A stretch of DNA of 64,000 nucleotides from an uncultured Bdellovibrionales bacterium (GTDB lineage: Bacteria > Patescibacteriota > Minisyncoccia > Moranbacterales > UBA1568): positions 9,581 to 73,580 of the forward strand of contig CAZOFS010000002.1 in NCBI GenBank assembly GCA_964579335.1, in the 5' to 3' direction. Numbering within the stretch: the first letter of the stretch is position 1; every line of letters starts with the position of its first letter. Positions 56,814 to 64,000 of this stretch are shown one piece after another. Under the pieces are notes generated by a model, which was not told the DNA's origin, did no database searches, and saw only the letters and a program-made list of their open reading frames with translations. A program made the position numbers and the translations under genes.

Positions 56814-57030
56814 ACCGTATCGAGAATAAAGATTTATCGCTCGGGAGCAAGCTCCCGTTCCTGTCTCGCTTCACTCACCATTTTCGACAGCCAGCTGCCG
56901 AGTTTTTTCTCTTTGATGTCGACACTTCGTTCGGTGAAAAATATCTTATGCACGTTTTTCACACTCTCTCCGTTTGACAATAAAACATGTTTCAAAACAC
57001 CACTCTTGGCATGGTACCAATGAAAGTCAT

Positions 57031-57088
57031 AAAAGAAAAAGGGGCTTGGGTCATAGCGCACGCTGTACGCACGCTTCCCCCAAGCCCT
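57031..57088 (-). terminator. Long hairpin terminator
   Basis: GGGCTTGGG...CCCAAGCCC with an A tract on the plus strand. Confidence 0.65.
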
Positions 57089-57111
57089 CAAAGCACCACC
57101 CCGTTCTTGGA

Positions 57112-57579
57112 TCAGCAGCCAGTGACCTGAATGTCACGGACATACAGGACGCCGCTGACGCCCTGAAGCCCGATACGCACATGGCCTGAGCGCATATCGG
57201 CTGGAATGTTCCAGGTCCGATTGATCGGTTGCCACTCGTACGATGGCTCGGCGCGCCAGTCCGGCGGATACACCGGAGCACCACCCGTCGCGAAGACCTC
57301 GTAGTCGAAGTGGATGCCGTGGTACGTCCTGACTCCGGCAGTGATGCCTTCGGTGCGGTACCAGGCCTGAAGCTCGATCGTTCGGCCGGCGCAATGCGCT
57401 GGGATCCGATAGAGCAGCGGCCGGTAGAAGTTGTCATCGCCGTAGCGACCGGTCAGTGCGTACACGTAACCAGGAGCAATGCTCCGTGGCATCGGACCGA
57501 TGGATGGCCCAGCACAGGCAGTGAGCGATGCGACCAAAGCCAAGAAAGCCATGGCGCGAACAAAGATCTGTTGAAACAT
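57112..57579 (-). CDS. Lipoprotein with a CBM4/9-like domain
   Basis: Lipobox LTAC; AGRTIELQAWYRTEG...EWQ...IPAD...IGLQGVSGVLYVRDIQV; SD GGAGG. Confidence 0.7.
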   Translation of the reverse strand: MFQQIFVRAMAFLALVASLTACAGPSIGPMPRSIAPGYVYALTGRYGDDNFYRPLLYRIPAHCAGRTIELQAWYRTEGITAGVRTYHGIHFDYEVFATGGAPVYPPDWRAEPSYEWQPINRTWNIPADMRSGHVRIGLQGVSGVLYVRDIQVTGC

Positions 57580-57632
57580 GGTTGGCCTCCGGCCGAAAAG
57601 GTTGGTCAAAGGGGACATCCCAGTGACTCAGC

Positions 57633-57661
57633 ATTATAAATAAAAAAGAAAAACCCGTCAA
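57633..57661 (-). promoter_or_regulatory. sigma70 promoter of the CBM-like lipoprotein gene
   Basis: TTGACG-17 nt-TATAAT. Confidence 0.75.
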
Positions 57662-57678
57662 GGGTCAATAGATGGTCT

Positions 57679-57722
57679 AAAAATGATGAGGCCCCGCGAA
57701 TGCTTGCACATTGCGGGGACTC
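57679..57722 (-). terminator. Hairpin terminator
   Basis: GAGGCCCCGCGAA...TTGCGGGGACTC imperfect stem. Confidence 0.6.
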
Positions 57723-57753
57723 GTTTGGTCGGTTGCTACCGACCATTGGCCGG

Positions 57754-58398
57754 TTACTGGAACTGGCCGGCGAAGAACTTCTTGGCCGCGTCACTGGCCG
57801 GAACCACCGCCGTCACGGCGTTGTTGGCGCCGCGAGCGACTTCGAGCAGCGTGATGGTCTGGCCCTTCATGTTCTTGCCACGGCTCTGGCCGAAGGGATG
57901 GGATCCCCAGGCACGGGTGCCGTCCTTGAACTCGATCACGGGGATGACGCCGAGCAAGTTGTAACCGCCGTCGTCCAGCTTCACCGAGTAGGTGCCGTTG
58001 GCGCCGTCGATCGCACTGCAGACCACGCGCGGGTCATCGAGCTTGAGGCTCTTGAGGTCCGCTGTGCCCGGCCAATCGGCGCCGCGCTTCAGGATGCACT
58101 GCTTGGCACCGGCGAAAGCCGACGGATTGGCCTGGTAGACCAGGACGTAGTCCATCCTGCCCTTCTGGTCTTCGGACGGCAGTCCCTTGGCACCGTAGTT
58201 GGCGCCGGGATTGGCCTTCCAGACCGCAGCGATGGCCGTGATCTCGATGTCGACGGAAGTGGCCGTGACGTTCTTGATGTTGAGGCCGGTCTTGTCGCCA
58301 CCCTCGCCGTTGACCTTGAAGGTCTGGGCGAAGGCGTTGCCACCGATTGCCAGGGGCAAGGCCACCATCGCGGCCCACAGGTTCTTCAGGTACTTCAT
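57754..58398 (-). CDS. Secreted hypothetical protein
   Basis: Sec signal ending AFA-Q; SD AAGGAG; strong GC3 codon bias. Confidence 0.8.
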   Translation of the reverse strand: MKYLKNLWAAMVALPLAIGGNAFAQTFKVNGEGGDKTGLNIKNVTATSVDIEITAIAAVWKANPGANYGAKGLPSEDQKGRMDYVLVYQANPSAFAGAKQCILKRGADWPGTADLKSLKLDDPRVVCSAIDGANGTYSVKLDDGGYNLLGVIPVIEFKDGTRAWGSHPFGQSRGKNMKGQTITLLEVARGANNAVTAVVPASDAAKKFFAGQFQ

Positions 58399-58531
58399 TG
58401 CGCACTCCTTCTTGGTTGGCGCGTTGAGAAAATGTGCCAAAAGGGATCAGTCTTTGGGAGACTGGGTTCCCTATGACACGATTGGGAACCGTGCCGCAAA
58501 GCCTCCATTGCTGGATTCATTGCGACAGCCA

Positions 58532-58560
58532 AGTATACAGCCTTTACACATTTCTGTCAA
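58532..58560 (-). promoter_or_regulatory. sigma70 promoter of the secreted protein gene
   Basis: TTGACA-17 nt-TATACT. Confidence 0.75.
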
Positions 58561-58705
58561 GTAGTAAATAATGGCTTGATAGAGCCATCGTTGAGGGGTT
58601 AGAAGAAAGAAGTAAGGAGTAAGTGATTGAGAGAAAAAGAGAAGAAATTAGAATAAATAAGAAAGAAATTTGAAGTAAGAAAGAAAATAATGGTAGATCT
58701 TGTTT

Positions 58706-58745
58706 TAAAAAATTGAAGGGCAGGTACCTTGCGGTGCCTGCCCTT
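58706..58745 (-). terminator. Hairpin terminator after the LysM gene
   Basis: AAGGGCAGGTACC-ttgc-GGTGCCTGCCCTT. Confidence 0.75.
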
Positions 58746-58925
58746 ACATTTGAACGATGTTGCGTTCGGTCACTGAGCTTTTTTCGCCAACGGCTGATAT
58801 GTTACACCTCGTAGATTGCTCTACAGAAGCGCATCGCATACCCTTTTTATCACGCACGAGATTGCTCTCATACGCAGTGTCCATCAAGAGACACCCGCTA
58901 GAAGACTGAAAAGCTTGTTTCCTAC

Positions 58926-60758
58926 TTACTTCAAGTTCTTGGGGAGACGGATCATGCCGTTCTGGTCCATGGATCCGCCGGCCCTTTCGAGGTCGGAGAT
59001 GAACTGGTGCTTCCGATATTCTCGGCGAGCAACGCGGCCACCTTGGAAGGGGTCGCAATTCCAGCCCCATGCACCAACGGTCTTGCCGCCATGCATGAGA
59101 TCCTTGTCGAGACCAGGGCCGATACCACAGATATGGTTCTTGTCGGCAATGCCGCCAAGGATGTTGGCCGAGGCGCTGATCGGATGTTGCCAGAAGAGCC
59201 CGCCTTCGACGAAGAAGGCGATCGGGGAATCCTCTGGCTGCCACACGTACCAGCGTGCACCCGCCTGCAGCCCCACCTTGAGGCGCGGCATATTGCTTGC
59301 ATCAACTGACTGATTGAAGATCGTCCGGGTGAAGCTCGACGACGTCGGGATGGTGATCCCGGCGTAGTACTGACGCTTGACATCGAACGTTTCACCAGCC
59401 AAGAGCCGGCGTGAGTCGTTGTAAACCCACGTCGCCCCCACCAGGTTGTACCTGGCTTGCTGAGCAAGGGCAGCTTGGCGATATTCCTCGCGCTGCTTTC
59501 CAACACCAACTCCAACACCCCAGTCAGTACCGTCGTCGTTGATCTCGCGATACGACAATTGAGCCAAGTGGTTCCGGCCGTCGTACCGCCCAGCACCCCG
59601 ATGAGTTGTCCCATCGAAAGCTGCGTAGTTCAACTTGAAACCGATACCCCAAGAGCCCGTCTCGTCTTCCTTGCGCTGTTGGCAGTCCAGCACGAGGGTC
59701 AGAACGTCCGAGCTTGCCTTGTCGCCGTTCTGGCGTGGCACATGGTGTTGACCCAGTGCGCCAGCCACATCGACGAAGTCGCACATACCCCGGGGGGCTG
59801 CCGCGACTGGAGGATTCGGCGCGAGTTGCGGAGCGGGTGGTTCCGGTGTCAGCACAGGAGCCGGCACTTCGATTGTGGGAGGATTCACCACCGTTTCCGG
59901 CGGTGTTTCCATCACGAGCGGTGGTTCGGGACGCGGGGTCATCAGCACGGGGCCGATGTTACCGCAAGAGGTGGGGTCAGCAACGAGTTTCCCCGTCGAG
60001 AGCTTCCACACTTCCAGAACTTCCGGTCGCCCACCTTGTTCGGGTGTGCAGACCTTGGCGTTCTTCACGAACTTCACTTGCCCGTCCTTGGACCGGAACG
60101 GCATGGCCTCGAAGACCATGTCACTCGTGACGAGCATGCGCTCGCCACGACCAGCCAGGACCAGTGCCTTGGCTTCGGCCTTCTCCGCATCGCTGAGGAC
60201 GGGAGAGAGGTCGATGCCCTGGAGCCGCAGCTTCATGTCGCCGTAGCGGTTGAACGGAGCCGTGCCCAGCTTGAGGCAGGATTCCTCCTGCACCGGCTTG
60301 GCCGCGCGCATCGGCCGCTTCGTCACCTTGGCCTTTGCAGACTTGAGCGACTCGGCAACCTCCGACTTGACAACCCTGACTTCCCGCGGCGTGACGCCTT
60401 CGGGAAGCTTCAGAACTTGCTTCGGCTCGATCTGGTTGCAGTTCCGCAAGTGGTTGAACTTGCAAACTGCGCCAGCATGCTTGCCAAAGACCTTGGTCAG
60501 TGTGTCGCCACGTTTGACCTCGTAGGTCTCAACTTCTTCGTCATCCGACTTTGCAGCCAGAGCCAGGGCTACCGTTGCCGCAGGCCGTGAAGCCGTTGGC
60601 TGCGGAGCACTGGCCGCTTGAGCTTGGGCCGCCGCACTCGCTGCCGAAGCAGTATTGGCGAAGCCGGTTGCGCGGGATATCCCGACTCCCAAGCCGGGAG
60701 CCAAGATCAGGGCCGAGAGCACGAAGCTCCAGAACCCCATTGAAGAATCACTTTTCAT
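58926..60758 (-). CDS. LysM-domain protein with Pro-rich linker and a putative C-terminal beta-barrel
   Basis: YEVKRGDTLTKV...N.L...NQIEPKQVLKLP LysM; PEPP-rich linker; amphipathic strands WGIGFKLNY, WGVGVGVG, VGLQAGARWY, FFVEGGLFW; SD AAGGAGG. Confidence 0.8.
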   Translation of the reverse strand: MKSDSSMGFWSFVLSALILAPGLGVGISRATGFANTASAASAAAQAQAASAPQPTASRPAATVALALAAKSDDEEVETYEVKRGDTLTKVFGKHAGAVCKFNHLRNCNQIEPKQVLKLPEGVTPREVRVVKSEVAESLKSAKAKVTKRPMRAAKPVQEESCLKLGTAPFNRYGDMKLRLQGIDLSPVLSDAEKAEAKALVLAGRGERMLVTSDMVFEAMPFRSKDGQVKFVKNAKVCTPEQGGRPEVLEVWKLSTGKLVADPTSCGNIGPVLMTPRPEPPLVMETPPETVVNPPTIEVPAPVLTPEPPAPQLAPNPPVAAAPRGMCDFVDVAGALGQHHVPRQNGDKASSDVLTLVLDCQQRKEDETGSWGIGFKLNYAAFDGTTHRGAGRYDGRNHLAQLSYREINDDGTDWGVGVGVGKQREEYRQAALAQQARYNLVGATWVYNDSRRLLAGETFDVKRQYYAGITIPTSSSFTRTIFNQSVDASNMPRLKVGLQAGARWYVWQPEDSPIAFFVEGGLFWQHPISASANILGGIADKNHICGIGPGLDKDLMHGGKTVGAWGWNCDPFQGGRVARREYRKHQFISDLERAGGSMDQNGMIRLPKNLK

Positions 60759-60893
60759 CTTTGGCCTCCTTCAGCCATGAAATCGTTGATTGATCTCAAG
60801 AACAAAGGTGGGCCACACGGAGCAGCCCACGCTTCATCCCTGTAACGGGTTGAAACAATTGAGCTGCTCATGATGAGCGGTCTCCTTTCTGCC

Positions 60894-61736
60894 TTATTTC
60901 AGGCAGTCTTCGACGGCGAGGGCTCGTCCGGCTTGAAGGACATAGAGCGCTGCCACCAGCGGAAGAGCTGCAGCTGTTGCCGGCCCGAGCTTGAGACTCG
61001 TGCATGACAACAACCTGTCAGCGACACCCTCGACCGAGGTGAACTCGGCTAGGACATCGACGACATCATTCTTCCCCAGATATGCTTCGTCCCGCCCCCG
61101 CAGCCAGAACGGCTTTGGGAAGGCACGGGCGATGGTTTCAAGGACACGCCTCGCGTACTCGTCCCGCTTGGGCTCGAGTCGGATCACCTGCGTGATCCGC
61201 GACGCTGGTACGGTACCGAGTTGATCAGGAGTAAACCCCCGTTCAAACTCAACCCGCACTCCCAGAGTCGTCATCCCCCACTTCCCGTCCGAAGACAGGA
61301 TGAGGAGGGATTGGCCCAGGAGTTGATCAGCTTCCGCGAGTGGTGCGAACACCATCAGCCCGCGGATACCCCGATCGTCACCATCGACAACGGCGTCGTA
61401 GGTCTGGGTTGCCCCATTCCCGACGACCACCGCCCGGAAGACTTCACGGACGAGTGGCCGGCGAACCTTGCGGCCCGCCTCACTCGTCTCGTACACCCGC
61501 GCCGTATCCACCAGCTCCTGTTTCCAGTAACTGGGGAGCGGCTGCGGGAGGCGCACGTAGATGAGTGCCACGCCCTCTGGCGAGAACGGGGCACGATTGA
61601 TCGTGCGGTTCTGATAGGGATCCTGGCGGCCCATCGGCTTGACCGCCTGCACTTCGAAGCCGCTATCTTGCGGGAGCGAAGCACAGCCAGTGAGCACCAT
61701 GAGTGCCAGGGAGAGAATCCAGGTAGTCAGTCTCAT
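60894..61736 (-). CDS. Lipoprotein of unknown function
   Basis: Lipobox LTGC; C-terminal hydrophobic helix bracketed by Cys; SD GGAGG. Confidence 0.75.
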   Translation of the reverse strand: MRLTTWILSLALMVLTGCASLPQDSGFEVQAVKPMGRQDPYQNRTINRAPFSPEGVALIYVRLPQPLPSYWKQELVDTARVYETSEAGRKVRRPLVREVFRAVVVGNGATQTYDAVVDGDDRGIRGLMVFAPLAEADQLLGQSLLILSSDGKWGMTTLGVRVEFERGFTPDQLGTVPASRITQVIRLEPKRDEYARRVLETIARAFPKPFWLRGRDEAYLGKNDVVDVLAEFTSVEGVADRLLSCTSLKLGPATAAALPLVAALYVLQAGRALAVEDCLK

Positions 61737-61883
61737 GTGAGACCTCCATGGTCAATTGAAGATTAAGTAGGATTTGGAAAGTACTTTGTCGGATCTTTCC
61801 TCTCGAGAATGTCTGAGTGTGCACTCGGGTCTTCTCGAGAAGAGGAGAGATAATCCTCTCCACACTTCTCTCACTCCTTTTCC

Positions 61884-62504
61884 TTAGTAACCGCGGAGCG
61901 CAGCTCGGGTGACGATACGGAGGGTCATGAGCGAGACACCAGCGAGAAAGCCAGTCACCACGATCAAGACAAGCTCCTTTGGATTGGGATTCCGTTCCGT
62001 GATTGGACCAGAGAGGATACGCATTTCAATCGCTTTTTCATCTCCCCCGCGGAACTCGGCATTACGGGTCATGAGGACTTCGGTGATACCTTGCATCACT
62101 TTGCTCGCTTCACGGTCGGTATCGGCTTTGACCACGACTGAGAGCATACCAAGATCAGCCATACTGCGGACTGTAACCATCTCACGCCACGCCTCGAGCC
62201 GTTCACGTTTGTCGGTTGGCAAAAATTCTTTGCTCACTTTGCCACTTTCGATCACGGCATTGATAAAGCGCTCGCTCTGCATCGACTCGGCAAGAATTTT
62301 CCCCAAGTACTCAGATGACTTGAAGAGCGTGTAGAAATCTTGTGACGTCGTGTTAACCTGAGCCACCATGAAGTCGGTCGTCACCTTGAAACGAGGTGAG
62401 ACGAGAGTCACAGCAAAGAATGAGAGAGCCGCCACAAAGATACCAGCGAGGATGAGACTCCCCTTCTTCTCAGATACGAGACGCAGATACTGGATGGATT
62501 GCAT
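61884..62504 (-). CDS. Wzz/YveK(CapA)-like polysaccharide chain-length protein
   Basis: Two TMs flanking a loop; SPRFK, ILSGP...PNP before TM2. Confidence 0.75.
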   Translation of the reverse strand: MQSIQYLRLVSEKKGSLILAGIFVAALSFFAVTLVSPRFKVTTDFMVAQVNTTSQDFYTLFKSSEYLGKILAESMQSERFINAVIESGKVSKEFLPTDKRERLEAWREMVTVRSMADLGMLSVVVKADTDREASKVMQGITEVLMTRNAEFRGGDEKAIEMRILSGPITERNPNPKELVLIVVTGFLAGVSLMTLRIVTRAALRGY

Positions 62505-62530
62505 AATTTGCCCATTAAGACTAACGGGCA

Positions 62531-62559
62531 ATAATAGCAGTATTCTATAAAAAAGTCAA
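62531..62559 (-). promoter_or_regulatory. Promoter of the wzz-like gene
   Basis: TTGACT-17 nt-TATTAT. Confidence 0.5.
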
Positions 62560-62636
62560 CCCCCTACCAACTGGATTGATAGAGGGCGAGGCTTCGGAAC
62601 TAATAAGGCAGTTTTAGGCTTTAAATAAGCCTCATT

Positions 62637-63779
62637 TTAGCCAAAGAATTTATCCCAGATATTGAAACGCAAGATATCGTAAAATGTGACCCAAACCATA
62701 AGGAGGAGGAGGAGCATAAAGCCAATCTGATGCACATACCCCTCGACTTTTTGGGACACTGGCGAACCCTTGAGCTTTTCGATAAGGATAAAGAGGATGC
62801 GTCCTCCGTCGAGGGCTGGGATCGGGAGGGCATTGATAATCCCGAGATTGATCGAGAGAATAGCGGCGAAGTAGAGGAGATAGGCCAAGCCGAGCTCGCT
62901 CATTTGCTTGGTAAGGTAGACGATACCGACTGGCCCAGCGATATCCACACTCGTCTTGGCGCCAGTAAAGAGGCTCGCAAGCATAGTCCCGAGGACAGTA
63001 AAGATTTCTGCGGTTTTGAGGTAGGTCTGCTCGAGTCCTTTCCACAACGCTTCGAAGAATCCATACTCAACAATGGCTGTCTCTGAGAAACTAATCCCGA
63101 GCGCACCCTCCCCAGCTGGAGCATCGGTACGCGGGGTTCCCTTGAGAACGAGCATCTCTCCCCCACGGTCAATCGTCACGGCGATTTCCTTCCCTTTGTG
63201 AGCCGCAATATAGTCAGTCACCACCGAGAGGTTTTTGACTGGGGTAGTATCAAGTTTCTTGAGGACATCACCAGCGAGGAGGCCGATTGACTCAGCTGGT
63301 GTCCCGGGCTGCACCTGGAGAATCTGGACCTGGGTATGCTCGTACTGCGCGCGATCTTCTGGATTGATCTGCTCAGGAAAGCCGAGCATGAGAACGACCG
63401 AGAAAAGTACCCATGCCAACAGGAAATTCATCACGACACCAGCGACCAGAATCTTGAAGCGTACCCAAGCGCTTTTCCCAGCGAAACTATCGGGCTCAAG
63501 AGGTGCGTCACGATCCTCGCCCTTGATCCGGACAAAGCCCCCGAGTGGGATCCAATTGAGCGAATACACCGTATGTGGACTCTCGACATCTTCATTCCCC
63601 TTCACGAGACGGAACTTCTTGGTGAAGTCATCGAAGACAACACCGAACACACGCGGAGGAAATCCAAAGCCAAACTCCTCAGCTTTGACACCATTGCGGC
63701 GCGCTGTAAGGAAATGCCCTAGCTCATGCACAAAAATGAGGACACCGAGGACAATGACAAAAATAAGGATGGTGAGCAT
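62637..63779 (-). CDS. rseP: RIP metalloprotease RseP (M50) with PDZ domain
   Basis: HELGH, GFG, IPLGGFV, AGVVMN, GPVGI, NALPIPALDGG. Confidence 0.95.
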   Translation of the reverse strand: MLTILIFVIVLGVLIFVHELGHFLTARRNGVKAEEFGFGFPPRVFGVVFDDFTKKFRLVKGNEDVESPHTVYSLNWIPLGGFVRIKGEDRDAPLEPDSFAGKSAWVRFKILVAGVVMNFLLAWVLFSVVLMLGFPEQINPEDRAQYEHTQVQILQVQPGTPAESIGLLAGDVLKKLDTTPVKNLSVVTDYIAAHKGKEIAVTIDRGGEMLVLKGTPRTDAPAGEGALGISFSETAIVEYGFFEALWKGLEQTYLKTAEIFTVLGTMLASLFTGAKTSVDIAGPVGIVYLTKQMSELGLAYLLYFAAILSINLGIINALPIPALDGGRILFILIEKLKGSPVSQKVEGYVHQIGFMLLLLLMVWVTFYDILRFNIWDKFFG

Positions 63780-63785
63780 AGTAAC

Positions 63786-63818
63786 AATTTCAAATTTTAA
63801 ATTCTAAATTTCAAAATA
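63786..63818. repeat. Degenerate 7-bp tandem repeat next to the four-helix-bundle gene
   Basis: aatttca aatttta aattcta aatttca. Confidence 0.7.
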
Positions 63819-63835
63819 AGTATTAAAACTCCAGG

Positions 63836-64000
63836 CTACTCCCGACTTTTTGACTCAATCTTACCGAAGATCAGTAAAAGTTCATGTGCTTCTGACCAGT
63901 GTTTTCTTGCTACTAATTTTGACGTCTCATGGGTCTCAGCTATCATTCTCAACCAGTATTTTGACTCATTCGCCTCTTTCTTGCAAAGAGTAATCTTATT
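63836..64000 (-). CDS. Four-helix-bundle protein (23S rRNA IVS-protein family), C-terminal part
   Basis: Manual translation NKITLCKKEANESKYWLRMI...EAHELLLIFGKI matches the family's KE..E..YWL motif; flanked by heptamer repeats. Confidence 0.85.
   Translation of the reverse strand, partial: NKITLCKKEANESKYWLRMIAETHETSKLVARKHWSEAHELLLIFGKIESKSRE

Noticed and set aside
56834-57091. 85-aa minus-strand ORF
   Set aside because: It starts inside a terminator hairpin and has no convincing start or motif.
57700-58476. Long plus-strand ORF (258 aa), and similar antisense ORFs at 2560, 7073, 19383, 42860 and 59457
   Set aside because: These are shadows of well-supported minus-strand genes, with no start signals or recognisable motifs.
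58744-58884. Possible 46-aa ORF (MDTAYES...) after the LysM gene
   Set aside because: It has no clear SD motif or recognisable features, so it cannot be supported.
1-64000. CRISPR array, rRNA, transposase, prophage or stop-codon reassignment
   Set aside because: No spaced direct repeats or such genes were seen. TGA ends genes at expected positions (pyrF, scpA, scpB), and conserved genes are intact under code 11.

Overview
This is a chromosomal segment of a small-genome bacterium, most likely Patescibacteria/CPR (Parcubacteria-like; inferred from a truncated AlaRS, short PGK, ADP-forming acetate-CoA ligase, DUF4012/DUF5671/DUF2207 proteins and scattered dcw genes). Standard code 11 fits. Most genes lie on the minus strand: recR, rplU, alaS, ftsA-like, eno, pgk, mraY, scpAB, rpmA, pyrG, rplI, queA, ddl, pyrE, pyrF, a PilB-like ATPase, tRNA-Ala(CGC), secA, hpf, ftsW-murG-murC-murB, trmD, a surface-polysaccharide locus and rseP. 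The most striking pattern is two classes of genes. Core genes start without a Shine-Dalgarno (SD) motif. About 11 interspersed, mostly GC-richer genes have strong SD motifs and form small self-contained units ending in long hairpin terminators, some of which share a tail motif. These include pyrF-pyrE, an RluA, a SmtA-like Zn-finger protein and a 57-62 kb island of exported proteins. One island gene encodes a LysM-linker-putative beta-barrel protein, unexpected in a lineage thought to lack an outer membrane. All calls are from reading sequence motifs by eye; no searches were run.
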